Assembly (NCBI GenBank): GCA_965214705.1
Contig: CBDCCI010000002.1
Location: 1,184,001 to 1,248,000 of the forward strand
Source of the DNA: Alphaproteobacteria bacterium
Lineage (GTDB): Bacteria > Pseudomonadota > Alphaproteobacteria > UBA828
DNA length: 64,000 nt
Direction: 5' to 3'
Notes under the pieces: generated by a model
The model's input: only the letters and a program-made list of their open reading frames with translations
Told to the model about the DNA's origin: nothing
The model's database searches: none
In this document: in pieces, positions 28,129 through 37,745 of the stretch
Position numbering within the stretch: the first letter of the stretch is position 1
Layout: each line of letters opens with the position of its first letter
Made by a program: the position numbers and the translations under genes

Positions 28129-30138
28129 ATGAGCGAGCCCGCGCACGCGTTCGTCGTCTTCACGCCTTCCGGCAAGCGCGGGCGCTTCGCCCACGGCACG
28201 TCGGTCCTCGACGCCGCGCGGTCCATCGGCGTCGATCTCGATTCCGTGTGCGGGGGCCGGGGCCTCTGCGGTCGCTGCCAGGTGGAGGCCGGCTCCGGCC
28301 AATTCGCCAAGTTCGGGATCGAGAGCGCGCCCGATCACCTCAGCCCGCCGGGCGAGAAGGAGGCCCGCTACGCCGCCCGGCGCGGCCTCGCGGACGGCCG
28401 CCGGCTGGGCTGCTCGGCACACATCCAGGGCGATGTCGTCATCGACGTGCCGCCTGAGAGCCAGGTCCATAAGCAGGTCGTGCGCAAGCGCGCTGAGGCG
28501 CGGGACTACACCATCGATCCGGCGATCCGGCTGCACTACGTCGAGGTCGCCGAGCCCGACATGCACAATCCGCGCAGCGACTTCGAACGCCTCACCGACG
28601 CGCTCGGCACGCAGTGGGGCCTAAACGACCTCACCGCCGACCTGCACGTCCTGCAAGACCTGCAGCGCGCGCTCCGCGACGGCGAATGGTCGGCGACGGT
28701 CGCGGTCCACTGGGCCGCGCGCATCGTCGCCGTCTGGCCCGGCTTCCACGAACGCGCCTATGGCGCAGCCTTCGACATCGGCTCCACCACCATCGCCTGC
28801 CATCTGGCCGACATATCGAGCGGCGCGGTCGCGGCGTCGGCCGGGCGCATGAACCCGCAGATCCGCTTCGGCGAGGATCTGATGAGCCGGGTCTCCTACG
28901 TCATGATGAACCCCGGCGGCGAGGCCGAGCTGACCGAGGCCGTGCGCGGCGCGGTGAACGCGCTGGTCGACGAAGTCGCGGAGCAAGCGGGCGTCGAGCG
29001 CGGAGACATCCTGAACGCGGCCTTCGTCGGCAACCCGATCATGCACCACCTGCTGCTCGGCATCGACCCGACCGAGCTCGGCGGCGCGCCCTTCGCGCTC
29101 GCGGCCTCCGGCGGGCTGACCCTGCCGGCGTCCGATATCGACCTCGACATGAATCCGGGCGCGCGCGTCTACGTCCTGCCCTGCATCGCGGGCCACGTCG
29201 GTGCCGATGCGGCGGGCGTGGTGCTCTCCGAAGCGCCGCACCGGGCCGACGAGACCGTGCTGATCGTCGATGTCGGCACCAATGCGGAGATCATTCTCGG
29301 CAACAGAGAGCGGCTGCTGGCCGCGTCCTCGCCCACGGGGCCTGCGTTCGAGGGCGCGCAGATCGTTGCCGGCCAGCGCGCGGCCCCCGGCGCGATCGAG
29401 CGCGTGCGCATCGACCGCGAGACTCTGGAGGCCCGCGTCAAGGTCATCGGCTGCGACCTCTGGTCCGACGATGAAGGCTTCGCGGAGGCCACGGCCGGCA
29501 CCGGCGTCACCGGCATCTGCGGCTCCGGCATCATCGAGGCGCTGGCCGAGATGTACCTCGCCGGCATCCTGCTCGCCGACGGCACCATCGCCGGCGCCGC
29601 GCGTGCCACGACCGACCGCATCGTCGAGGACGCACGCACCTTCCGCTACCTGCTCCACCCCGGCGAGCCGGCGATCGCCATCCATCAGAACGACGTGCGC
29701 GCCATTCAGCTAGCCAAGGCGGCGCTCATGGCCGGTGCGCGGCTGCTCATGGACCGCTTCGAGATCGCGCGCGTGGACCGCATCGTGCTGACCGGCGCCT
29801 TCGGCAGCCACATCGACCCGCTCTACGCCATGGTGCTCGGCATGATCCCCGACTGCCCGCTCGACAGGGTGAGCGCCGCCGGCAACGCCGCCGGCACCGG
29901 CGCCCTGATCGCGCTGCTCGATTGCGCCGCGCGCGCGGAAATCGAGGCCGTGGTGCGTGGGATCGAGAAGGTGGAGACCGCCGTCGAGCCCGCGTTTCAG
30001 CGCCACTTCGTGGACGCCATGGCGATCCCCCACGGCACGGCGGACTACGTCCACCTGCCGCAAGCCGTCACCCTGCCCGCTGCGAAGCGCGCGCCGGCAC
30101 CCGCCGGCCGCCGCCGCAACCGCCGCCGCAAGCGTTAG
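28129..30138 (+). CDS. ASKHA-domain corrinoid reductive activator (RACo/DUF4445) with N-terminal 2Fe-2S ferredoxin
   Basis: CGGRGLCGRC..C, DIGSTT, FGEDLMSR, DVGTNAE, GPAFEG, GICGSG, GAFGS. Start MSEPAH at 28129. Confidence 0.93.
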   Translation: MSEPAHAFVVFTPSGKRGRFAHGTSVLDAARSIGVDLDSVCGGRGLCGRCQVEAGSGQFAKFGIESAPDHLSPPGEKEARYAARRGLADGRRLGCSAHIQGDVVIDVPPESQVHKQVVRKRAEARDYTIDPAIRLHYVEVAEPDMHNPRSDFERLTDALGTQWGLNDLTADLHVLQDLQRALRDGEWSATVAVHWAARIVAVWPGFHERAYGAAFDIGSTTIACHLADISSGAVAASAGRMNPQIRFGEDLMSRVSYVMMNPGGEAELTEAVRGAVNALVDEVAEQAGVERGDILNAAFVGNPIMHHLLLGIDPTELGGAPFALAASGGLTLPASDIDLDMNPGARVYVLPCIAGHVGADAAGVVLSEAPHRADETVLIVDVGTNAEIILGNRERLLAASSPTGPAFEGAQIVAGQRAAPGAIERVRIDRETLEARVKVIGCDLWSDDEGFAEATAGTGVTGICGSGIIEALAEMYLAGILLADGTIAGAARATTDRIVEDARTFRYLLHPGEPAIAIHQNDVRAIQLAKAALMAGARLLMDRFEIARVDRIVLTGAFGSHIDPLYAMVLGMIPDCPLDRVSAAGNAAGTGALIALLDCAARAEIEAVVRGIEKVETAVEPAFQRHFVDAMAIPHGTADYVHLPQAVTLPAAKRAPAPAGRRRNRRRKR

Positions 30139-30247
30139 AGCGTGTCCGTTCTTAACGGACGCGCGACAGGCCGCGACCGCGGCCCGCCGCGCATGCGGCG
30201 CCCTCGCGGAGGCGCCGGCCGTAGGCCGGCTGCCGTGAGCGACAAAT
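30136..30247. repeat. 112-bp multi-hairpin intergenic repeat, copy 2
   Basis: Matches 6694..6805; begins at the TAG stop of the RACo gene; lies between convergent genes. Confidence 0.85.
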
Positions 30248-30256
30248 TGCCGGGGC

Positions 30257-31792
30257 CTAGGCGAAGGCGTCGGGCATAGAGGCCTTTTTCTTCGCGATGA
30301 ACTCCTTGAGCGCCTCGTCCACGCCGGGGTCGATGGGCGGCGCCTCGTAGGCGGCCAGCATCGACTTGAACAGGTCGTGCGCTCGTTGCGTCGTGTCCTT
30401 GGAGCCGTCCGACTGCCATTGCTCGAAGCTCGAGTTGTCGGCGACGGGGGAGCGGTAGAAGGCGGTCTCGAAGTTCGCCTGGGTGTGGGCGCAGCCGAGG
30501 AAGTGGCTGCCAGGCCCCACTTCCCTGATCGCATCCAGCGCCTGTCCGTTGGCAGACAGGTCGTAGCCGTTCGCCAGCACCTGCATCATGCCGAGCTGGT
30601 CCGCGTCCATGACGAACTTCTCGTAGCCGCTCGCGAGCCCGCCTTCGAGCCAGCCCGCGCCGTGGAGCACGAAGTTGGTGCCGGCGAGCACGGTCGGCAG
30701 CAGCGTGTTTGCGCTCTCGTAAGCGGCCTGCGCGTCGGGCAGCTTCGACGCGGTGAGCGCGCCGCCGCTGCGGAAGGGGACGCCCAGCCGCCGCGCCAGC
30801 GCGGCGAGGCCGAAGATCGCGAGCGTTGCCTCCGGCGTGCCGAAGGTCGGCGCGCCGCTCTGCATCGACATGGAGCTGAGGAAGCTGCCGAAGATCACCG
30901 GCGCCCCCGGCCGGCAGAGCTGGGCGAGCGCGATGCCGGCCATGGCCTCCGCCAGCGTCTGCGCCATGGTGCCCGCGACCGAGACCGGCGCCATCGCGCC
31001 CGCCAGGATGAACGGGGTGATCAGCAGGCCCTGGTTGGCGCGGGCATAGACCTTGAGCGCGCCCAGCATGGTCGCGTCGAAGGTCATCGGCGAGTTGGCG
31101 TTGATCAGGCTGACCATGACGGGGTTGGCGTCGATGACGTCGGCGCCAAAGAGGATCTTCGCCATCTCTACCGAGTCCGCCGCGCGCTCGGGGTGCGTGA
31201 CCGAGCCCATGAACGGCTTGTCGGAATAGCGCATGTGCGCGTAGACCATGTCGAGGTGGCGCTTGTTGACGGGCACGTCCACCGGCTCGCACACCGTGCC
31301 GCCGGAGTGGTGCATCGCCGGCGTCATGTAGGCGAGCTTGACGATGTTCTGGAAATCTTCGAGCTGGGCGTAGCGCCGCCCCTTCTCGATGTCGAAGATG
31401 AAGGGCGGGCCGTAGACCGGCGCGAAGACCGTGTTGCGGCCGCCCATCTCGACCGACCGCTCGGGGTTGCGGGCGAGCTGCGTGAAGCTCTGTGGTGCGG
31501 TCGAGACCAGATGGCGCGCGAGCCCGCGCGGAAAGCGCACCCGTTCGCCGTCGATGTCGGCGCCGGCATCCTTGAACAGTTCAAGCGCTTCCGCGTCGTC
31601 GCGAAAGTCGATCCCGATCTCCTCGAGGATCGTGTCCGCGTTCTCCTCGATCAGGGCCAGCCCCTCGTCGGTCAGCAGCCCGACCGAGGGGATGTCGCGC
31701 GTGATGTAGCGCAGCTGCTCGATGCCGCCGCCGGTCCGCTCCGCGCGCCGCGCCGCGCGTCCGCCGCCGCGGCGGCCGCCTCGTTTCGTCAT
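30257..31792 (-). CDS. Trimethylamine methyltransferase (MttB) superfamily, non-pyrrolysine (glycine-betaine MtgB-like)
   Basis: LEEIGIDF, APVYGPPF, CEPVD, SDKPFMG, NANSP, TPFILAGAMAP, MQSGAPTFG, AGWLEGGL; no in-frame TAG. Confidence 0.92.
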   Translation of the reverse strand: MTKRGGRRGGGRAARRAERTGGGIEQLRYITRDIPSVGLLTDEGLALIEENADTILEEIGIDFRDDAEALELFKDAGADIDGERVRFPRGLARHLVSTAPQSFTQLARNPERSVEMGGRNTVFAPVYGPPFIFDIEKGRRYAQLEDFQNIVKLAYMTPAMHHSGGTVCEPVDVPVNKRHLDMVYAHMRYSDKPFMGSVTHPERAADSVEMAKILFGADVIDANPVMVSLINANSPMTFDATMLGALKVYARANQGLLITPFILAGAMAPVSVAGTMAQTLAEAMAGIALAQLCRPGAPVIFGSFLSSMSMQSGAPTFGTPEATLAIFGLAALARRLGVPFRSGGALTASKLPDAQAAYESANTLLPTVLAGTNFVLHGAGWLEGGLASGYEKFVMDADQLGMMQVLANGYDLSANGQALDAIREVGPGSHFLGCAHTQANFETAFYRSPVADNSSFEQWQSDGSKDTTQRAHDLFKSMLAAYEAPPIDPGVDEALKEFIAKKKASMPDAFA

Positions 31793-31974
31793 GGTTTGCC
31801 GCCGTCTGAAGCCGGTTTCATCGGAGAGAATCTATCGTTGTTTCCGCGTGACTGCACCGACTGGGTTGGCGTCCCTTGAGGCGGTGCAAGTTCCCGCCAA
31901 AATAAGGCGTTCACGGACGAGCAAGTGGAGCAGATCAATTTCGGATTCGAATGGGCCGCCATCGGGGCGGACGG

Positions 31975-33242
31975 ATGCACAGGTTTCCGAGCGGTGCCGC
32001 GCCCGTCCCGCAGACCGCGCGGCGTGTGAGAGGCTGGACCGGGCGTGCCCGCTCGCCCACTGCCGTGAGCGGTTTTCGCTGCCGGAGGGGATGCTCTACT
32101 TCAACGGCAACTCCCTCGGCGCGCTGCCGAAGACCGCAGCTACGGATATCGACCGCGTTGTGCAGGAAGAGTGGGGCCGCGGCCTCGTCGAGAGTTGGCT
32201 CGATGCCGACTGGTTCTTCCTCGCACGCAAGGCCGGCGACGCTATCGCGCCGCTGATCGGTGCCTCCGCCGGCGAGGTCGTCTGCGCGGACTCCACCTCC
32301 GTCAACCTGTTCAAGCTCGCGGCCTCGCTGCTGCGCCAGAGCAAGGACCGGCGTACCGTCGTCACTGAGCGCGGTAACTTCCCGACCGATGTCTACATCC
32401 TGGAGGGGCTTGTCCAACTGTTCGGCGAGAGGTTCGATCTGGTCCTGGCGGAGCCCGAAACCATTGTCGGCGCGATCGACGGTGACACCGCGCTGGTCCT
32501 GCTCACCCACGTCAATTTTCGAACGGGTGCGGCCCATGACATGGCGGCGATCACCGCGCACTGCAGCGCACGCGGCGTTCCCGTGATCTGGGACCTCAGC
32601 CATTCCGCCGGCGCGGTGCCGCTGGCGCTCAACGACTGGGGCGTCGAGTACGCCGTCGGCTGCACCTACAAGTTCCTGAACGGCGGGCCGGGGGCGCCAG
32701 CCTACATCTACATGGCGCAGGACGTCATCGCGACGCACGAGCCCGTGGTGACCGGCTGGTTCAGCCACGCCAACCAGTTCGGCTTCGAGGACCGCTATCG
32801 CCCCACGGACGGCATCGAGAAGTGCCTCGTCGGCACCCCGCCGATCCTCTCACTCCGCGCCGTCATGCACAGCATCGCGTGCTTCGACGCCCTGGAGATG
32901 AGCGATGTCGCTCAGAAGTCGCGGGCGCTGTCCGAACTGCTGATCGACCTGGCGGACGATCGGCTCGCGCATCATGGGTTCAGGGTGGCGAGCCCGCGGG
33001 AACCGGAGAAGCGCGGCAGCCAGGTGTCCTTCAGGCATCCGGAGGCCTATGCCGTGTCGAAGGCGCTGCGCGCCGCAGGCGTCGTCGCTGACTTCCGCAG
33101 CCCCGACATCCTCCGCTTCGGCATCACGCCCCTCTACATGCGCTACGTCGATGTATGGGATGCGGTGGACGCGCTTGCAGGGATCATGGCCGGCGAGAGC
33201 TGGATGGCGCACAGGACGGAGACGCCCGACGCGGTCACGTGA
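31975..33242 (+). CDS. kynU: Kynureninase (apparent 1-nt frameshift near 32015)
   Basis: YFNGNSLG, DSTSVNLFK, NFPTD.Y, WDLSHSAG, GCTYKFLNGGPG, RGSQVS, DFR.PD.LRFG..PLY. No suitable in-frame start near the homologous N-terminus; the ATG at 31975 is out of frame by one. Confidence 0.85.
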
Positions 33243-33272
33243 GCGGGCGGCGACTGTGGCGGGAATTGCAGG

Positions 33273-34394
33273 CTAGGCCGGGGTGGCGTCTTCCCTGACG
33301 AAGCCTTCGCCGGCGCGGCCCACCAGCCCGGCCTGCTCGATCCAGACGCGCTCCTTTGCGTCCTCCACCACCCGACCGATCCGCTGGCAGGCCTTGCCGT
33401 CTCCGCCGAGGATCTCGATGGCGCGGGCCTCGTGCGCGGGCGGCACGATGGCACAGAAGCCGATGCCCATGTTGAAGACCCGGTACATCTCCGCGTCCTC
33501 GATCCCGCCTAGACGCTGGAGCACGCTGAAGACCGGCGGTGGCGCGGGCAGCGCGTCGAGCCGCATGCCGACCTTCGCCTCGATGCGGGTCAGGTTGAGG
33601 AAGCCGTCGCCCGTGATGTGCGCCAGCGCATGCACCGGCACCTCGCTCGCCAGCAGCTCCAGCGCCTCGCGGACGTAGATGTAGGTCGGGCGGAGCAGCG
33701 CCTCGCCCACGGTCTCGCCCAAGTCCTCGACGCGGTCGTCGACCGTGAGACCCGCGCTCTCGAAGAAGACGCGCCGGGCGAGCGTCAGCCCGTTGCTGTG
33801 GATGCCGTTGCTGGCGATGCCGACGATGCTGTCCCCCGGCTGCACTGCGGCGCCTGTGTTGACCGCGTCGAGCGCGACCCGGCCCACGGCCGTCGCCGCC
33901 AGATCGAAACCGGCCCCCGGCACCGCGCCCTTGATCACGTCGCGCATCGCGGCGATCTCTCCGCCCGCGATGGAGACGCCGGCCCGCCGCGCGCCTTCGG
34001 CGAGGCCCGCGCCCAGGGCTTCGAGCATCGCGGGCTCCGCTCGCTCGACGGCAATGTAGTCCACCAGCGTGACCGGCTGCGCGCCGACGCAGACGAGGTC
34101 GTTGACGTTCATCGCCACGCAGTCGATGCCGACCGTATCGTAGCGGCCCGTCATCTGCGCGATCAGCGCCTTGGTGCCGATGCCGTCGGCGCAGATCGCG
34201 ACACCGATGCCGCCGAAATCCAGCACACTCGCGAAATAACCAAGCCCGACCTTGATCGCGCCGAGGCCACTCTCGCCAGTCGGCCAGGTGCCGCGCACGC
34301 GGCGCACGAGCTCTGCGAGCCCGGCCTCGACGGCATCGGTATCGACTCCGGCGCTGCCGTAGTCCGTGCGCGGGCGTTCCGGCGGCGATGCCAT
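33273..34394 (-). CDS. purM: Phosphoribosylformylglycinamidine cyclo-ligase (AIR synthetase)
   Basis: Y.SAGVD, DGIGTK, GIDCVAMNVND, GGEIA, SNGIHSNGLTL, HITGDG, MYRVFNMGIG. Confidence 0.9.
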   Translation of the reverse strand: MASPPERPRTDYGSAGVDTDAVEAGLAELVRRVRGTWPTGESGLGAIKVGLGYFASVLDFGGIGVAICADGIGTKALIAQMTGRYDTVGIDCVAMNVNDLVCVGAQPVTLVDYIAVERAEPAMLEALGAGLAEGARRAGVSIAGGEIAAMRDVIKGAVPGAGFDLAATAVGRVALDAVNTGAAVQPGDSIVGIASNGIHSNGLTLARRVFFESAGLTVDDRVEDLGETVGEALLRPTYIYVREALELLASEVPVHALAHITGDGFLNLTRIEAKVGMRLDALPAPPPVFSVLQRLGGIEDAEMYRVFNMGIGFCAIVPPAHEARAIEILGGDGKACQRIGRVVEDAKERVWIEQAGLVGRAGEGFVREDATPA

Positions 34395-34562
34395 GCCCGT
34401 TGATCTCCTTGCATTGGCCCGCAGGCGGGCGCGAGCCTCGCCTATCGGCCAGCAGTCGGCAAGCGCCCGGCGCCTTTCGGTTGCTCTGGTCGCTCGCTAT
34501 CATCGCCGCCCATTCGCGGTCGGGCGTCCGCCCGCCGGCAACATGCGACAGCGGGAGAAACC

Positions 34563-35048
34563 ATGAGCTCGAAGACCACGGCAACCCCTGAGAATGCGCT
34601 TTCCAAGCAGGAGATCGACGAGCGATTGGCGGCAGGCACGCTGGCGCGGCTCGCAAGCTACCGCGAGGACGGGATGATTCATCTGACGCCGATCTGGTTC
34701 GACTGGAATGGCGAGGTCTTCCGACTCACCCTCGGCGCGGGCCGCATCCACCTCAAGAACCTCGCGAAAGACCCGCGCGTCTCGATCCTGATCGACCGCG
34801 ACCCCCGCGTGGACGAGGGCGCCCAAGGCCTGGCGGCCGGCGCGTGGGCGATCATGTGCCGCGGCAACGCCACGCTCTCCCAGGACGACGCGCTGATTCG
34901 CGAGGTGACCGTCGCGGTCCTCAAGAAGGCGCTGGGCCCGGAGGACGCGGAGAAGTATGCGGACCCGGTGATGGCCGAGGGCCGCACCATCGTCACCATC
35001 ACACCGCAGGACTGGCTCACCTGGGACTACAACAAGGCCGACGACTAG
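34563..35048 (+). CDS. Pyridoxamine 5'-phosphate oxidase-like (PPOX, split-barrel) protein
   Basis: LASYREDG.IHLTPIWF, KNLAKDPRVSILID, GNA, TWDY.K. Confidence 0.85.
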   Translation: MSSKTTATPENALSKQEIDERLAAGTLARLASYREDGMIHLTPIWFDWNGEVFRLTLGAGRIHLKNLAKDPRVSILIDRDPRVDEGAQGLAAGAWAIMCRGNATLSQDDALIREVTVAVLKKALGPEDAEKYADPVMAEGRTIVTITPQDWLTWDYNKADD

Positions 35049-35156
35049 GGCGCCCGGAGCCGCGAGAACCCACCTCCCGAGCTTAATCATTTCCCTCAGG
35101 CGCCGGGCGCTCGCTCCGCTCGCTTGGCTACGCGCTTCGCGCGCGGCGCGGTCGCG

Positions 35157-35185
35157 CCAACCGGGCCGCGTTGCGGCCCGGTTGG
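35157..35185. repeat. Perfect 13-bp inverted repeat hairpin
   Basis: CCAACCGGGCCGC-gtt-GCGGCCCGGTTGG, within a GC palindrome-rich intergenic stretch (35049-35190). Confidence 0.55.
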
Positions 35186-35324
35186 GCGGAGGGGACCCAC
35201 GTCGAGGATCGGGGCCGGAGACGACGCACCGACCTGCCGGACAACGGTTGGGACCATTCCTTGTTGCGGGCTGTCGCCCTAGGGGCATAATCCGGGCGCT
35301 CCCGGCTCCGCACGAGGGATTCGC

Positions 35325-35801
35325 GTGCGTCACGCGCTCAGTCTGTTCGTCGGCCTTTACGGGCTCTGGCTCGCACTGTCCGGTCACTACACGCCCTTTC
35401 TGCTCGCCATCGGCGCCGCCTGCACGGCGTTTGCGGTGGCGGTGGCGTTGCGCATGGACGTGGTGGACCACGAGGGACATCCCATCCACCTCGGCTATCG
35501 CATCCCTCTCTACTGGTGCTGGCTGACGATCCAGATTCTGCTTTCGGCGCTGACGGTCACCCGCATCGTGCTGTCGCCCCGCCTGCGCATCGACCCGGTG
35601 CTGGAGACCGTGCCGTCGAGCCAGAAGTCGGACCTCGGCAAGGTGATCTACGCCAACTCAATCACGCTGACGCCTGGTACCCTCACCACGTCGGTGACGG
35701 CTGACGGCCTCGAGGTCCACGCGCTCACCCGGCGCGGCATGGACGAGCTGAAGCAGGGCGGCATGGACCGGCGCGTCACGGCGGTGGAGGGCGAGTCATG
35801 A
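35325..35801 (+). CDS. mrpE: Mrp/Mnh Na+/H+ antiporter subunit E
   Basis: YANSITLTPGT, LEVHAL. Confidence 0.92.
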   Translation: MRHALSLFVGLYGLWLALSGHYTPFLLAIGAACTAFAVAVALRMDVVDHEGHPIHLGYRIPLYWCWLTIQILLSALTVTRIVLSPRLRIDPVLETVPSSQKSDLGKVIYANSITLTPGTLTTSVTADGLEVHALTRRGMDELKQGGMDRRVTAVEGES

Positions 35802-36100
35802 TGTCCCTCGCCGCCGTCGCCGCGCTCGTGGTGACCGTCCTCCTGGCGCTAATCCGCGCGTACCTGGGGCCCACGGTATACGATCGGGTGGTCGCCGTGA
35901 ACGCGATCGGCACCATGACCGTGCTGCTGATCGCGGCCGTGGGCTTCCTCATGGGCCGGCCGGAGTTTCTGGACATCGCGCTGGTCTACGCGCTGATCAA
36001 CTTCATCGGCACCATCGCGGTGCTCCGCTACATCAAGCGTAGGCGCGCGCGTGACGCAGAGGACGCGGAGAGCGCAGAGGGCACGGAGGGCGCGCCGTGA
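35798..36100 (+). CDS. mrpF: Mrp antiporter subunit F
   Basis: GPTVYDRVVA, LDIALVYALINFIGT. Confidence 0.92.
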   Translation: MMSLAAVAALVVTVLLALIRAYLGPTVYDRVVAVNAIGTMTVLLIAAVGFLMGRPEFLDIALVYALINFIGTIAVLRYIKRRRARDAEDAESAEGTEGAP

Positions 36101-36414
36101 TCGTCGACATCCTGAGCTGGATCAGCATCGGCATCGGCGCGGCCTTCATCCTGGTCGGCGGGCTCGGACTGGTTCGCATGCCGGACGTCTTCACGCGGCT
36201 CCATGCGTCGAGCGTCGCCGACACCGCCGGCGCGGGCTTCATCCTGCTCGGGTTCATGTTTCAAGCCGGCCTCTCGCTCAACGCGCTCAAGCTCGTGCTG
36301 ATCTTCGTATTCCTGGTGTTCACCGCGCCGACCGCCTCGCACGCGCTGGCCCACGCGGCGCTGCTCGACGGGATCCGGCCCTGGACCCGGAAGCCCAAGG
36401 ACCCCGCGCCATAG
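36097..36414 (+). CDS. mrpG: Mrp antiporter subunit G
   Basis: RMPDVFTRLHA, APTASHALA. Confidence 0.92.
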   Translation: MIVDILSWISIGIGAAFILVGGLGLVRMPDVFTRLHASSVADTAGAGFILLGFMFQAGLSLNALKLVLIFVFLVFTAPTASHALAHAALLDGIRPWTRKPKDPAP

Positions 36415-36983
36415 ATATCTACGTCGATATTCTGCTTCTGGTCCTGCTGGTTGCAGCCGCGCTCGTCGTGGTCTCGCTGCGCAATCTGCTGGCGGCCGCG
36501 CTCGTGCTCGGCATCTACAGCCTGGTCATGGCCGCCCTCTGGGTGGTGCTCGACGCCGTCGACGTGGCTTTCACCGAGGCCGCCGTCGGCGCCGGCGTGA
36601 CCACCGTCTTCATGCTGCTCGCCATCGCCGCCACCGGTCGGCACGAGAGGATCGCGCATCGCCGGCCGTGGCTCCCGATCCTGGCCTCACTCGCCGTCGG
36701 CGGGCTGCTGATCTACGGCACACTCGATCTGCCGGCTTTCGGCGACCCCGAGGCGCCGGCGCAGCAGCATGTCGGGCCCCACTACATCGAGCAGGGCGAG
36801 GCGGAGACCGGCGTTCCCAACATCGTCACCGCGGTGCTGGCCTCCTATCGGGGCTTCGACACGCTGGGCGAGGTCACGGTGATTTTCACCGCAGGCATCG
36901 GTGTTCTGCTGATGCTGGGCATCACGCGCCGCCGCCGCCGTGCCGAAGACAGCGATGATGCCGACACGGGGGACCGCGAATGA
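36411..36983 (+). CDS. Mrp DUF4040 / MrpA C-terminal-like subunit, apparent ATA start
   Basis: AVDVAFTEAAVGAG, NIVTAVLASYRGFDTLGE. The hydrophobic N-terminus begins at ATA 36411, overlapping the mrpG TAG, with AAGGA about 9 nt upstream. Confidence 0.85.
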   Translation: MDIYVDILLLVLLVAAALVVVSLRNLLAAALVLGIYSLVMAALWVVLDAVDVAFTEAAVGAGVTTVFMLLAIAATGRHERIAHRRPWLPILASLAVGGLLIYGTLDLPAFGDPEAPAQQHVGPHYIEQGEAETGVPNIVTAVLASYRGFDTLGEVTVIFTAGIGVLLMLGITRRRRRAEDSDDADTGDRE

Positions 36984-37393
36984 CCGAGCATCTCGTCCTG
37001 CGCGTGATCTCGAAGCTGCTGATTCCCCCGATCCTGCTGTTCGCGCTCTACGTCCAGATGCACGGCGACTACGGGCCGGGCGGCGGCTTTCAGGCTGGCG
37101 TGATCTTCGGGGCCGGGCTCGTTCTCTACGGCCTCGTCTTCGGGACCGAGGCGGTGCGCGCCGTCGCACCCCCGCGCCTCCTCGTGGTGCTCGCCTGCCT
37201 CGGGGTGCTGCTCTACGCGGGCGTCGGCGTCGCCAGCATGATTGGCGGCGGGGGCTTCTTGGAATACGGCGCGCTCTCCGCCGACGCCACGCATGGCAAT
37301 CACGTCGGCATCATCATCATAGAGATCGGCGTCGGCATCGCGGTCGCTTCCGTGATGACCATCATCTTCTCCGTCCTGGCCGAGTGGCGCTGA
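36980..37393 (+). CDS. mrpB: Mrp antiporter subunit B
   Basis: HGDYGPGGGFQAG, EIGVG. Confidence 0.92.
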   Translation: MTEHLVLRVISKLLIPPILLFALYVQMHGDYGPGGGFQAGVIFGAGLVLYGLVFGTEAVRAVAPPRLLVVLACLGVLLYAGVGVASMIGGGGFLEYGALSADATHGNHVGIIIIEIGVGIAVASVMTIIFSVLAEWR

Positions 37394-37394
37394 G

Positions 37395-37745
37395 GTGGAG
37401 GCCCTCTCACACGTCAACTACTGGGCCGCGATCGTGCTGGCGATGATCGGCCTTTACGCCATCATTGCGCCCTCCAACCTCATCAAGAAGCTGATCGGCC
37501 TCGGAATCTTCCAGTCCGCGATCTTCCTGATCTACATCACGGCGGGGAAGGTCGAGGGCGGCACAGCGCCGATCATCGACGCCGGGTACACGGTCTATTC
37601 CAACCCGCTTCCCCACGTGCTGATTCTGACCGCGATCGTCGTGGCCGTCTCGACTCTCGCGGTGGGGCTCGCGCTCACCGTGGCGATCAAGCGTGACTAC
37701 GGGACCGTCGAAGAGGACGAGATCGACGAGCAGGATCGGCGATGA
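37395..37745 (+). CDS. mrpC: Mrp antiporter subunit C
   Basis: NLIKKLIGL, NPLPHVLILTAIVV, YGT.E.DEI. Confidence 0.93.
   Translation: MEALSHVNYWAAIVLAMIGLYAIIAPSNLIKKLIGLGIFQSAIFLIYITAGKVEGGTAPIIDAGYTVYSNPLPHVLILTAIVVAVSTLAVGLALTVAIKRDYGTVEEDEIDEQDRR

Noticed and set aside
30257-31792. Pyrrolysine recoding in MttB
   Set aside because: The ORF is open with no internal TAG, and there are no pyl genes in the window.
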